Positions 15,505 to 25,581 of a stretch of DNA of 64,000 bases are shown in pieces; positions within the stretch are counted from its first letter, which is position 1, and each line of letters starts with the position of its first letter. Both the position numbers and the translations under genes were made by a program. The DNA is from an uncultured Chitinophagaceae bacterium (GTDB taxonomy: Bacteria; Bacteroidota; Bacteroidia; Chitinophagales; Chitinophagaceae). Location: NCBI GenBank assembly GCA_966674115.1, contig CBKWHA010000002.1:5399-69398 (forward strand), in the 5' to 3' direction. The notes under the pieces are model-generated. The model made no database searches and was not told where the DNA came from. It saw only the letters and a program-made list of their open reading frames with translations.

Positions 15505-18102
15505 ATGATTTGGTATCAGTCAGAAGTTAAGGATGTTATTTCTAAACTGGAAACAAGCGAAAAGGGATTATCAGCCGATGAAGCCCAGGCACGTCTGTCA
15601 CAATACGGCACTAATGAGATCAAGGAAGGTAAACGAGATACACCTTTTCAGATTTTGTTGCGGCAGTTTAAAGATTTGATGATTCTCATCCTGATAATAG
15701 CTGCAATTATTTCTGGCTTATTAGGTGATATTATTGATACTATTGCTATTGTTGCTATTGTAATTATCAATGCTGTAATCGGGTTTGTGCAAGAGTACAA
15801 TGCAGAGAAAGCAATGCAGGCACTAAAAAACATGGCGATTTCAACTGCTAAGGTTAAAAGAGATGGTGTTATTCAAACGATATCATCTGTTGAACTGGTA
15901 CCAGGAGATATTGTTCTAATGGAAGCTGGTGATATAGTGCCTGCAGATTTACGCTTATTAGAAGCTAACCAGTTAAAGATTGAAGAAGCTTCTCTTACAG
16001 GCGAATCAGTACCAATTGAAAAAAATATTAAGCCTCTGAAAGATGAAAATCTTCCTATTGGCGATCGTATCAACTTGGCATTTAAAGGAACTAATGTTAC
16101 ATATGGAAAAGGCAAAGGTGTAGTGGTTAATACTGGGATGGGGACCGAATTAGGAAAGATTGCAGCAATGTTACATGGTGCATCTGAAAAAACGCCCTTG
16201 CAGAAACGATTGACAGTATTTAGTAAAAAACTCGCTCTTGTTGTTTTAGTGATTTGCACATTCGTTTTTTTTGTTGGACTGCTTCGTGGAGAACAGCCAG
16301 TAGTCATGTTCCTCACAGCCATTTCTTTAGCCGTAGCTGCTATACCTGAAGCTTTGCCTTCAGTTATTACCATCGCACTGGCTATAGGTGCCAAACGCAT
16401 GGTGAAGAAAAACGCACTTGTTCGAAAATTGCCTGCTGTAGAGACCCTTGGCTCTGTTACTTATATCTGTTCCGATAAGACTGGTACACTTACTGAAAAT
16501 AAAATGTCAGTAGAAGAGATCTTTTCTGGAGATAATGGAGTGAAGAAGAAAGATGAATTGAAACCTGAAGGTTTATCGGATCAGGATAAATTATTATTAA
16601 CTGCAATAGCTCTGAATAATGACGTGGTGGTGAGTAAAGAAAATAAATTGAGTGGAGATCCTACAGAAATTGCACTTTTTGATATTGCTCGTAAAAATGG
16701 TTATAATTCGGAAGAAATAGAACAGCATTATCCAAGAGCTGCCGAAATTCCATTTGATTCTGAGCGTAAGTGCATGACTACAATACATCAGGAAGAAAAC
16801 AGATTTTGGGTCATAACTAAAGGGGCAGTAGAGATGTTGCTGGAAAAGCTAAAGGATATTTCAGATGAACAACGGCAACAATTTATTCAGCTTTCAGAGA
16901 AAATGGCTGCAGATGGTTTGCGGGTAATTGGCTTTGCTCAGAAAAAACTACAGCAATTACCTCAGACTCTTGAACCTGATGAAATCGAAAATGATTTGCA
17001 ACTTATTGGTTTTGTAGGTATCATTGATCCGCCACGGGAAGAAGTAAAGCAGGCGGTTGAAGAATGTAAAACCGCTGGCATTATTCCTATTATGATTACT
17101 GGCGATCATCCGCTTACTGCTAAAAATATTGCTAAGCAATTGGGAATAATTCCTGAAAATAACAGTGAGGAACTGATTGCGACAGGAGCACAGTTGGCAA
17201 ATGCCAGAGCTGAACACTACAAGGCTTTGGTTAATGAGGTACGGGTTTATGCAAGAGTGTCGCCTGAACAAAAATTGAACATTGTAAAAGCCTTACAGGA
17301 AAACCATCAATTTGTAGCAATGACTGGTGATGGCGTGAATGATGCTCCATCTTTAAAGCGGGCAGATATTGGTGTGGCCATGGGTATTACGGGGACTGAT
17401 GTATCAAAAGAAGCAGCAGATTTGATTTTACTCGACGACAATTTTGCCACTATTGTAAAAGCAGTGAATAGTGGTCGTAGAATATACGACAACATTCGCA
17501 AGTTTATCAAGTATACAATGACAAGTAATGCTGGTGAGATCTGGTCCATTTTCCTGGCACCATTGCTCGGTCTGCCTATTCCTTTATTGCCGATCCATAT
17601 TTTATGGATTAATCTTGTAACAGACGGCTTGCCTGGTTTGGCTTTAGCGGCTGAACCTGCAGAAAAAGGGATCATGCAACGGCCCCCTAGGCACCCAAAA
17701 GAAAGCATTTTTGCGCAAGGTTTAAGCACACATATTATTTGGGTGGGCCTTTCAATGGGCTTAGTTACTATTGGTACCCAAGCCTTTAATCTTAATAATC
17801 CCAATTGGCAAACAATGGTTTTTACAGTTTTGTGTTTCAGTCAGATGGGACACGTATTTGCCATTAGGTCGGAAACTGAATCATTGTTCCGGCAGGGACT
17901 CTTTTCTAATAAGCCGTTATTAGGGGCAGTATTACTTACTTTTCTGTTGCAACTTTGTATCATATACATACCATTTTTTAATCCAATTTTTAAAACTGCG
18001 CCTTTGTCGGCAATAGATCTGGCGATTACAATTGCCCTTTCTACTATTATCTTTTTTGCAGTAGAAGTCGAGAAGATGGTGAAAAGAAGAAAGAGCCAAT
18101 AG
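15505..18102 (+). CDS. Cation-translocating P-type ATPase (type II, Ca2+/Mg2+-ATPase-like)
   Basis: TGES, ICSDKTGTLTEN, MITGDHPLTA and MTGDGVNDAPSLKRADIGVAMG motifs, with 10-TM architecture. Length 865 aa. Confidence 0.9.
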   Translation: MIWYQSEVKDVISKLETSEKGLSADEAQARLSQYGTNEIKEGKRDTPFQILLRQFKDLMILILIIAAIISGLLGDIIDTIAIVAIVIINAVIGFVQEYNAEKAMQALKNMAISTAKVKRDGVIQTISSVELVPGDIVLMEAGDIVPADLRLLEANQLKIEEASLTGESVPIEKNIKPLKDENLPIGDRINLAFKGTNVTYGKGKGVVVNTGMGTELGKIAAMLHGASEKTPLQKRLTVFSKKLALVVLVICTFVFFVGLLRGEQPVVMFLTAISLAVAAIPEALPSVITIALAIGAKRMVKKNALVRKLPAVETLGSVTYICSDKTGTLTENKMSVEEIFSGDNGVKKKDELKPEGLSDQDKLLLTAIALNNDVVVSKENKLSGDPTEIALFDIARKNGYNSEEIEQHYPRAAEIPFDSERKCMTTIHQEENRFWVITKGAVEMLLEKLKDISDEQRQQFIQLSEKMAADGLRVIGFAQKKLQQLPQTLEPDEIENDLQLIGFVGIIDPPREEVKQAVEECKTAGIIPIMITGDHPLTAKNIAKQLGIIPENNSEELIATGAQLANARAEHYKALVNEVRVYARVSPEQKLNIVKALQENHQFVAMTGDGVNDAPSLKRADIGVAMGITGTDVSKEAADLILLDDNFATIVKAVNSGRRIYDNIRKFIKYTMTSNAGEIWSIFLAPLLGLPIPLLPIHILWINLVTDGLPGLALAAEPAEKGIMQRPPRHPKESIFAQGLSTHIIWVGLSMGLVTIGTQAFNLNNPNWQTMVFTVLCFSQMGHVFAIRSETESLFRQGLFSNKPLLGAVLLTFLLQLCIIYIPFFNPIFKTAPLSAIDLAITIALSTIIFFAVEVEKMVKRRKSQ

Positions 18103-18167
18103 TATTGTTTAATTTAACTAAGGAAATGGATTTATTTATAGTAGTAAAAAATTAAAACTTCAGCTGT

Positions 18168-19103
18168 ATGCCAAAAATCCTCACAGTCACATTTAATCCG
18201 GCAATCGATAAAAGTACAACTATTCCATCCATAGCTCCTGAAAAAAAATTACGGTGTTCATTCCCAAGATTTGAACCTGGCGGAGGCGGAATCAACGTCG
18301 CAAGAGCTATAAAAAAATTAGGTGGTAATGCAAAAGCAATTTATCCAGCTGGCGGTCATACGGGAAATTTTCTGAACGAATTATTGAAAAAAGAAGGAGT
18401 TCCGATACAATCAATACAGATAAAAAGCTATACACGTGAAAATCTGATCGTTTTAGATACATCAAGTAATCAACAGTACCGTTTTGGTATGCCTGGATCT
18501 GAAGTTTATGAAGAAGAATGGAAACAGTGTTTGGATTTAATAGAACAGGAGCCTGATGTTGAATTTATCGTGGCAAGCGGCAGTTTACCTCCGGGGGTAC
18601 CAAAAAATATCTATGCACAAATAGCCACAATTTGCAAAAATAAAGGTGCTAAACTCATTGTAGATACCTCAGGAGAGGCATTGCAATTTGCTGCTAATGA
18701 AGGTGTTTACTTATTAAAGCCCAACCTTGCTGAATTGAGTTCCCTGGTAGGTAAGGAGGAGATTAACGCTGAACTGGTAGACGAGGTGGCAAAGGAAATT
18801 ATCCGTAAAGGACAATGTGAAATAATCATCGTATCACTTGGGCCTATTGGTGCAGTGTTGATTACAAAAGAGGAGCATATTCATGCAACACCTCCCGCTG
18901 TAAAGAAAAAAAGTACCGTGGGCGCGGGTGACAGTATGGTTGCCGGAATAGTTTTAAGTTTATCTAAGGGTGGTAATATGGAGCAGGCTCTGCGTTATGG
19001 TGTTGCCTGTGGAACGGCCGCTACCATGAACCCTGGCACAGAATTATGTCGTCTTGAGGATGTTGAACGGTTGTACAAAATAATTCGCGTGGCTAAATAC
19101 TAA
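18168..19103 (+). CDS. pfkB: PfkB-family sugar-phosphate kinase (6-phosphofructokinase II / 1-phosphofructokinase type)
   Basis: Collinear with E. coli PfkB as I recall it: KLRCS.P.FEPGGGGINVARAI, GSLPPGV, LKPNLAELS, STVGAGDSMVAG. Confidence 0.85.
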   Translation: MPKILTVTFNPAIDKSTTIPSIAPEKKLRCSFPRFEPGGGGINVARAIKKLGGNAKAIYPAGGHTGNFLNELLKKEGVPIQSIQIKSYTRENLIVLDTSSNQQYRFGMPGSEVYEEEWKQCLDLIEQEPDVEFIVASGSLPPGVPKNIYAQIATICKNKGAKLIVDTSGEALQFAANEGVYLLKPNLAELSSLVGKEEINAELVDEVAKEIIRKGQCEIIIVSLGPIGAVLITKEEHIHATPPAVKKKSTVGAGDSMVAGIVLSLSKGGNMEQALRYGVACGTAATMNPGTELCRLEDVERLYKIIRVAKY

Positions 19104-19127
19104 AACGGCCTCATATTTAAAATAAAA

Positions 19128-19160
19128 AGCCCTCCATAATTTACGGAGGGACTTCTTTTG
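19128..19160 (+). terminator. Weak intrinsic terminator
   Basis: ccctcc / ggaggg stem with a 9-nt loop, followed by acttctttt. Confidence 0.4.
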
Positions 19161-19309
19161 TTCATCTCACAAAGCAGAATTATATAAGAATGCTAATCAA
19201 ACATTATTCTTTGAATAATAATTATTTAATAGACCATTCATCTTCTACTTTCGCTGCTTTGTTTATATTGTTTTTTTAAATATGGGATTTCTGATACTAA
19301 ATGATTGAA

Positions 19310-21538
19310 TCAATTCATCTTAGCTTTTTGTAAAACTTCCAAATGGTTAGAGTTGCTTTTTATATTCTTTTCAATGGAATGTTGTACACCTGTTGCGGGT
19401 ATTTGATCACCTAAAGGAAACATATCTGCCAGGGTAGGGGCAATAACAAGAGAAACGATTGACATCAATTTGATCAGGATATTCATGGATGGACCGGAAG
19501 TATCTTTAAAAGGATCACCAACTGTGTCGCCGGTTACTGAGGCTTTATGTGGATCGGATCCTTTATAGAATTTCTCACCGTTAATATCGGCACCTTTTTC
19601 AAAGCTTTTCTTGGCATTATCCCAAGCTCCGCCGGCATTATTTTGAAACATACCCATTAAAACTCCACTAACGGTCGCACCGGCCAGGAAGCCTCCTAAT
19701 GATTCTGGTCCCATCAAGAAGCCGACAATCAATGGTGAAACAATGGCTATGGCTCCGGGTACCATCATTTTTTTGATGGATGCTTCTGTTGAAATCGCAA
19801 CGCATTTATCGTATTCGGGTTTTCCCTTTCCTTCCATTATACCAGGAATTTCCCTGAACTGTCTTCTTACTTCTTCAACCATGCTCATCGCTGCTTCACC
19901 AACAGCCCTGATAGCCAGAGATGAGAAAATGAAGGGAATCATAGCTCCAACAAAAAGAGAAGCCAGTACTTCGGCCTTATATATATCTATATGCTGATAG
20001 CCGGGCATTGCCACACCTACAAAAGCAGCAAATAATGCAAGTGCTGTTAACGCTGCCGAAGCAATAGCAAATCCTTTACCTGTAGCCGCTGTAGTATTAC
20101 CTACAGCATCAAGCGTATCAGTTTTTTCGCGCACTTCTTTGGGCAATTCACTCATTTCGGCTATTCCTCCTGCATTGTCCGCAATGGGTCCGAAAGCATC
20201 AATTGCTAGTTGCATGGCTGTTGTAGCCATCATACCGGCAGCAGCTATGGCTACTCCGTATAATCCGGCAAAAAAATAAGAACCAATAATACCACCTGCT
20301 AGTACTAAAATCGGCAGTAGCGTAGATTCCATTCCTACAGCCAAACCTCCGATTACATTAGTAGCGTGACCTGTACCGGACTGGCGCACAATGGTCATTA
20401 CTGGACGTCTGCCCATGGCTGTATAGTACTCGGTAATAATACTCATTAAGGTACCTACGATCAATCCGACCATAATGGAACCAAATACATCATATTTTGA
20501 AAATTCAAATCCGCGCAAGTTCATTGGTGTAGATGGCAGCAGCCATTCTACCAACAAATAGGAAGCAAAGGCTGTTAGCACAATTGATCCCCAATTACCC
20601 ATATTCAATGCCCTTTGCACAACGGATGTATGAACACCTGAAGAATCAGATATTCTGACAAAAAAGGTTCCGATAATGGAGAAAATAATACCAACACCGG
20701 CAATCATCATGGGCAATAAAATAGGAGAGAAGCCACCAAAATTATCATCTGATATGGTTTCTTGTCCTAAAACAATAGTAGCCAGTACTGTTGCAACATA
20801 TGATCCAAATAGGTCGGCACCCATGCCCGCCACATCACCAACATTATCACCAACATTATCGGCAATTGTTGCCGGATTGCGGGGATCATCTTCAGGTATC
20901 CCTGCTTCAACTTTACCAACAAGATCCGCACCCACATCAGCCGCTTTAGTATAAATTCCACCACCCACACGTGCAAATAAGGCAATACTTTCTGCGCCCA
21001 AAGAAAAACCTGTGAGCACTTCTATTGCCTGGAACATTTCAGGTGAGTTCACCGGCGAACCCGCTGCAAAAATTTGATATAATATAATAAAAAGACTACC
21101 AAGCCCCAGAACGGCAAGTCCTGCAACACCCATTCCCATGACTGAGCCACCCGTGAAAGAAACCTGTAAGGCTTTAGAAAGCGAAGTGCGGGCTGCATGG
21201 GCAGTACGTACATTGGCTTTTGTGGCAATGCGCATACCTATAAAACCTGCCAGGGCACTAAAGAATGCACCAATAATAAAGGCAATTGCAATAAACCAGT
21301 GCGAATGTGGGTTGCGGCTGGCCATGAAGCCTAAAAGTAAGGCTATGATGAGTCCGAAATAGGTTAAGATCTTCCATTCGGCGCGTAAAAATGCCATTGC
21401 TCCTTCAGCAATATAATTGCTTATTTCTTTCATGCGGCTGGTACCGGCATCCTGATTGCTGACCCAGATAAACTTCCATACTGTATAAAGTAAACCAATT
21501 ATTCCCATAGCAGGGATCAAGTAGACGTATGAGTGCAT
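19310..21538 (-). CDS. hppA: Membrane-bound ion-translocating inorganic pyrophosphatase
   Basis: [43 protein letters not shown] and [15 protein letters not shown] motifs. Length 742 aa, polytopic. Confidence 0.95.
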   Translation of the reverse strand: MHSYVYLIPAMGIIGLLYTVWKFIWVSNQDAGTSRMKEISNYIAEGAMAFLRAEWKILTYFGLIIALLLGFMASRNPHSHWFIAIAFIIGAFFSALAGFIGMRIATKANVRTAHAARTSLSKALQVSFTGGSVMGMGVAGLAVLGLGSLFIILYQIFAAGSPVNSPEMFQAIEVLTGFSLGAESIALFARVGGGIYTKAADVGADLVGKVEAGIPEDDPRNPATIADNVGDNVGDVAGMGADLFGSYVATVLATIVLGQETISDDNFGGFSPILLPMMIAGVGIIFSIIGTFFVRISDSSGVHTSVVQRALNMGNWGSIVLTAFASYLLVEWLLPSTPMNLRGFEFSKYDVFGSIMVGLIVGTLMSIITEYYTAMGRRPVMTIVRQSGTGHATNVIGGLAVGMESTLLPILVLAGGIIGSYFFAGLYGVAIAAAGMMATTAMQLAIDAFGPIADNAGGIAEMSELPKEVREKTDTLDAVGNTTAATGKGFAIASAALTALALFAAFVGVAMPGYQHIDIYKAEVLASLFVGAMIPFIFSSLAIRAVGEAAMSMVEEVRRQFREIPGIMEGKGKPEYDKCVAISTEASIKKMMVPGAIAIVSPLIVGFLMGPESLGGFLAGATVSGVLMGMFQNNAGGAWDNAKKSFEKGADINGEKFYKGSDPHKASVTGDTVGDPFKDTSGPSMNILIKLMSIVSLVIAPTLADMFPLGDQIPATGVQHSIEKNIKSNSNHLEVLQKAKMN

Positions 21539-21548
21539 ATTCTATATT

Positions 21549-21566
21549 CTCCAAAGACTCCAAAGA
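21549..21566. repeat. Perfect tandem 9-mer (ctccaaaga x2) in the hppA 5' leader/promoter
   Basis: Read directly. On the coding strand it is tctttggag x2. The distal copy plus two flanking bases forms a TAnnTTTG box (21561-21568, TATCTTTG). Confidence 0.9.
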
Positions 21567-21685
21567 TAGGGGTTGAAGTGGATTTTAATAATAGTGTTAA
21601 AATTTAGTACCTATTTCGTTTATGCTACATAGGTAAAAGAATCCTTTGATTCAGGAATCAATAAACTCTGCAATTATTTCATAAA

Positions 21686-22603
21686 TTACCGGTGCTGCTG
21701 GTAAACAATTGGTTTAACCGACTGCAGCAATTGTTGATATTCTGGTTCTGAAAGGGATGGCGTATACATGGTCTCTACCGCCTCTGCCAACTGCTCTAGA
21801 GTTCTAATGCCTACAACAGCAGAAGTTATTGCTGGATGTCTCAAAACAAATCGAATTGCTGTTTGAACATTTTTTCTTTGAATGCCTGAAAGTAAATGAA
21901 TAGTTGCGGCTGCTTTCTTTACTTCTTCTGGAGAAAGATCCAGGTATTCCTTTGCCGGCTTACCAAGCAGTAGTCCTTGGGCAACACTGCCCCTGGCTAA
22001 TACCCCAATATTGTTTTGCTGGAGCAGCGGTAAACAACTTTCTTCTGGTCTTCGGTCTAGTAAACTATACTGCATCATAACACTCACAATATTGGAGCGA
22101 TCAACGTACGCCCGGATAACATTAGGCCTGATCGATGAAATGCCATAAAAGCGGATTTTGCCCTGCTTTTTTAGCAATTCAAAAGTTTCAATGGTCTCGT
22201 TAATAGGGTCATCTATGGTTCCGCCATGCAACTGATAAAGATCTATATAGTCAGTTTGTAATCGTTTCAGGCTGCCTTCAACCGTCTGTAAAATGTATTC
22301 CTTTCGAGGGTTCCAATCCCAACCGCTCCCATCAGCTCTCCATTGATTGCCTACCTTTGTGGCCAGTATAACCTTATCGCGTTTGCCTTGAAGCGCTTTT
22401 CCTACCATGGCTTCATTGACACCTTTTTCGTATAAGTCTGCTGTATCAAAAAAGTTTACGCCAAGTTCAATGGCTTTATGAATAATCTTAATGTTTTCTT
22501 TTTCATTTCCTTTTAACGACATACATCCAAAACCAATTTCACTGATCTGAAGTGATGATTTGCCTAATTGACGATAATTCATGTTCTGTTTTTGTTGAAT
22601 CAA
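21686..22603 (-). CDS. Aldo/keto reductase
   Basis: GFGCMSL, FFDTADLYEKG, ATKVG, DLYQLH and YGISS motifs. Confidence 0.9.
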   Translation of the reverse strand: MIQQKQNMNYRQLGKSSLQISEIGFGCMSLKGNEKENIKIIHKAIELGVNFFDTADLYEKGVNEAMVGKALQGKRDKVILATKVGNQWRADGSGWDWNPRKEYILQTVEGSLKRLQTDYIDLYQLHGGTIDDPINETIETFELLKKQGKIRFYGISSIRPNVIRAYVDRSNIVSVMMQYSLLDRRPEESCLPLLQQNNIGVLARGSVAQGLLLGKPAKEYLDLSPEEVKKAAATIHLLSGIQRKNVQTAIRFVLRHPAITSAVVGIRTLEQLAEAVETMYTPSLSEPEYQQLLQSVKPIVYQQHR

Positions 22604-22627
22604 AGATATTCTTGTCCAATCTTTGTT

Positions 22628-23950
22628 TTATCCTTTCATTTCCTCTGCCCATTTATCCCTATCATCCGGTGAAAACTTCCAGGGTGCAAAGTTGTTTTCA
22701 ACATTGCTGAACATAGAATTCCATTCCTGTGTAGCATTGCTTTCTTCCATAATTAAATAGCGCTTCATTTGGTTAATAATATGCAATGGATTGATGAGCA
22801 CCGGACATGCCTGTACACAAGCCTGGCAAGAAGTGCATGCCCGTAATTCTTCAGCAGTTATATAATTATGTAAAAGTGTTTTGTTATCCTCCTGGAAACT
22901 TCCGTTTTTATCAATATTTCTCCCTATTTCTTCCATGCGGTCACGAGTGTCCATCATAATTTTCCGTGGTGAAAGCAGCTTGCCTGTTTGGCTGGCGGGA
23001 CAAGCTGCCGTGCAGCGGCCACATTCTGTACAGGTATATGCATCCAGAAGATTGCGCCAGCTTAGATCAAATACATCTTTGGCGCCAAATTTTTTTTGTG
23101 CTTCTGTAGAAACATCTGTCGGAGCAGTTTCTGGTTGCATGGCATACAGTACTTCTTTTTGAATTTCAGGCATGTTCTGCATTTTGCCTTGGGGCATAAG
23201 CCGGGCATAGTATGTATTGGGAAAAGCTAGTATAATGTGTAAATGCTTTGAATACGGTATATAATTCAGAAAAAAGAATACGCCGGCAATATGCAACCAC
23301 CATGCTGATCGTTCAATACTTATGAGAGTAGAAGAAGAAAGGTTGGCAAAGGCAGGAGTGATCAGCCCAGATACGAAAAAGTTAGTTGGCACATCCGCAT
23401 AATGGCCATAATTCTTCAACTGCAATGCCTTGTCAGATGCATTCATAGTCAGGAATAAGGCCATAAGGATAATTTCAAAAATCAAAATATAGTTGGCATC
23501 GCTACGGGGCCAGCCGTCCAACTCTTTCATATTTAACCGGCGCACTTTTACAATATTTCTTCGCACCAGGAAAATGATGCAAGATATCAAGACGAGGAAT
23601 GCCAGTATTTCAAAGAAGTTGATAACAAAAGAATAGAAACTGCCAAGTGTAGGCGCAAACAAGCGGTGCGTGCCAAATATGCCGTCCAATATTATTTCTA
23701 GTATTTCAATATTGATTATAATAAAACCAGCATATACTGCAAAATGTAATAAAGCAACCAACGGTTTATCAAACATCCGTTTTTGTCCGAAAGCCATGAG
23801 CAGCACATTTTTCCAGCGTTGAGGATGTGGCTCAAATGTTTCATCCCGTCCTAGCTTGATGTTGCGTCTGATAACTTTTACCTGCTTAACAAATAAAAAA
23901 ATAGCAATGACTGTCAGCAGGAGGAATAATATTTGTTGTATGATCTGCAT
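22628..23950 (-). CDS. Membrane-anchored (Fe-S)-binding protein with two 4Fe-4S ferredoxin-type motifs
   Basis: About five N-terminal TM helices, then CTECGRCTAACP and CTSCQACVQACP. Confidence 0.8.
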   Translation of the reverse strand: MQIIQQILFLLLTVIAIFLFVKQVKVIRRNIKLGRDETFEPHPQRWKNVLLMAFGQKRMFDKPLVALLHFAVYAGFIIINIEILEIILDGIFGTHRLFAPTLGSFYSFVINFFEILAFLVLISCIIFLVRRNIVKVRRLNMKELDGWPRSDANYILIFEIILMALFLTMNASDKALQLKNYGHYADVPTNFFVSGLITPAFANLSSSTLISIERSAWWLHIAGVFFFLNYIPYSKHLHIILAFPNTYYARLMPQGKMQNMPEIQKEVLYAMQPETAPTDVSTEAQKKFGAKDVFDLSWRNLLDAYTCTECGRCTAACPASQTGKLLSPRKIMMDTRDRMEEIGRNIDKNGSFQEDNKTLLHNYITAEELRACTSCQACVQACPVLINPLHIINQMKRYLIMEESNATQEWNSMFSNVENNFAPWKFSPDDRDKWAEEMKG

Positions 23951-23994
23951 TTTCTGTGCTTAGATTTGCTAATTTAAGATAGTAAAACTTGTAG

Positions 23995-24504
23995 ATGAAA
24001 ACAGAATTAGAAACAAAAAACTGCATTTTAAATGCAGAATCGATAAAACGCAGGCTTCGCCGCATGGCTTTTGAAGTTGCTGAAAGTAATACGGATGAAA
24101 CTTCAATAGTAATTGCAGGCATTTCAAAGAATGGAGTTGTGGTAGCTAGCAATCTGGTTGATGAACTGATAAAGATCATAGATATAAACATTGAGTTTGC
24201 TACAATACATTTAAATAAAAAACAACCAATGGATGTCAGGATTGAGGGGGTCGAAGATTTCGATAATAAAGTAGTTCTGATAGTGGATGATGTGGCTGAT
24301 AGTGGCAGGACCTTATTATATGCGCTGAAACCATTTCTGAATTTCAACCCGCGCAAAATTCAAACGCTAGTACTCGTAGAAAGAAGCCATAAAAAGTTTC
24401 CTGTATTTTCAGATTTTGTAGGCCTGTCTTTATCTACAACTTTACAGGACCACATTACAGTGGAAACAGAAGGTAATACAGTAACCGGAGCCTGGCTACA
24501 TTAA
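23995..24504 (+). CDS. Phosphoribosyltransferase family protein (PyrR-like fold)
   Basis: PRPP-binding loop VVLIVDDVADSGRTLLYAL. Its length and layout are similar to PyrR, but it is much more divergent. Confidence 0.75.
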   Translation: MKTELETKNCILNAESIKRRLRRMAFEVAESNTDETSIVIAGISKNGVVVASNLVDELIKIIDINIEFATIHLNKKQPMDVRIEGVEDFDNKVVLIVDDVADSGRTLLYALKPFLNFNPRKIQTLVLVERSHKKFPVFSDFVGLSLSTTLQDHITVETEGNTVTGAWLH

Positions 24505-24522
24505 CTTGAGAAGGGAAGGTTT

Positions 24523-25488
24523 TTAAAAACTTAAAAACCTTCCCTTCACTTTTCCATTCGAAAGTTCAATGGCCGGAGCCGGTACTTTAATTATATTTAA
24601 AGCATCTAATAAAACCCTTATAGCTTTTTTATTGGTCTTTATTCTGGTGAAATCAATATCAGGAGAAAGATACCATTGCCGGAATCTTTTGATATCAGGC
24701 CTGTTGAAAGTTATGTTCCCTGCTTTATCAGTTGCTTTGTTTTCAAATCCGCCAAATAACCCTTCTGCACCGTATCCAACAGAAATATTCAGCCAGGCTG
24801 GTAAGTTCTTGTCCGGTAAAAAAGATTTTAGATTGCAACTCAGCCATAAGGTTTGTGCATTATAATCTTTTAAAAGGCGTTCTGGTATGCTGTTGCCAAA
24901 AAGTTCATCAGCTCTTTTTTCAACATCGTCATGATAATTTTTGGGATGGGCCGTGTATTTAAATTGAATTCTTTGTTCATTCCATAATAATTCCTGTGTA
25001 GCAAAAAGACTTGAGCCTGCAAAGTTCGCAGCCATATCGGCCCAGCTCCAGCCCCATTTTGCAGAATGTCCATCGAGCCACTCAACTACAGTTAAATAGC
25101 CAAATCCGCTGAGGCTTCCTATCAAAACTGCTTGCCTGGGTGCCAATCCCGACCATTTCCACAAAGCAGATGTAGCCCGGCTCGTGTTATATGCGGTCCA
25201 TGCATGCCCTATCTTATCCATCTGCAGCCATTCTTCCGAATCGTTAAAGGTGTGTAAAGAAGTCCTCTCATATCCTTTATACCATGCCTCATTCAACCAG
25301 ATCAGAGAGCCTCCGTATCCAGCAACAGAAATGCCGCCAATCAGCCACTTACGGGTTGCTTTATTTTTGTTGGCTGAAAAATTGATAGATTTCAAAGATT
25401 CGCCGGAAGAATCTCTTTTTTCTGAAATACCTTGTGCTGCAGATTGAAGACTGATCAAAAATAAAAAAGTAAAAAAATGTCTGTTCAC
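24523..25488 (-). CDS. Secreted DUF2279-like protein
   Basis: Signal peptide, then ...WLQMDKIGHAWTAYNTSR... (DKxGH), as I recall for DUF2279/YfiM-like proteins. The assignment is tentative. Confidence 0.5.
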   Translation of the reverse strand: MNRHFFTFLFLISLQSAAQGISEKRDSSGESLKSINFSANKNKATRKWLIGGISVAGYGGSLIWLNEAWYKGYERTSLHTFNDSEEWLQMDKIGHAWTAYNTSRATSALWKWSGLAPRQAVLIGSLSGFGYLTVVEWLDGHSAKWGWSWADMAANFAGSSLFATQELLWNEQRIQFKYTAHPKNYHDDVEKRADELFGNSIPERLLKDYNAQTLWLSCNLKSFLPDKNLPAWLNISVGYGAEGLFGGFENKATDKAGNITFNRPDIKRFRQWYLSPDIDFTRIKTNKKAIRVLLDALNIIKVPAPAIELSNGKVKGRFLSF

Positions 25489-25581
25489 AGCTCCAAAAAT
25501 ACATACAGGTATATATTCGCAAAGGATTTTCCAAAATCCATATCTTCAATCCCAAACTAAAACCTAAAACCATTATCATAT

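Noticed and set aside
15873-17804. Minus-strand ORFs of 175 aa and 165 aa within the P-type ATPase gene
   Set aside because: They are antisense shadow ORFs of a gene with all P-type ATPase motifs. I recognise no motif in them.
23886-24356. 156-aa minus-strand ORF overlapping the phosphoribosyltransferase gene and the start of the Fe-S gene
   Set aside because: It overlaps two well-supported genes and has a Ser/Thr/Ile low-complexity translation.
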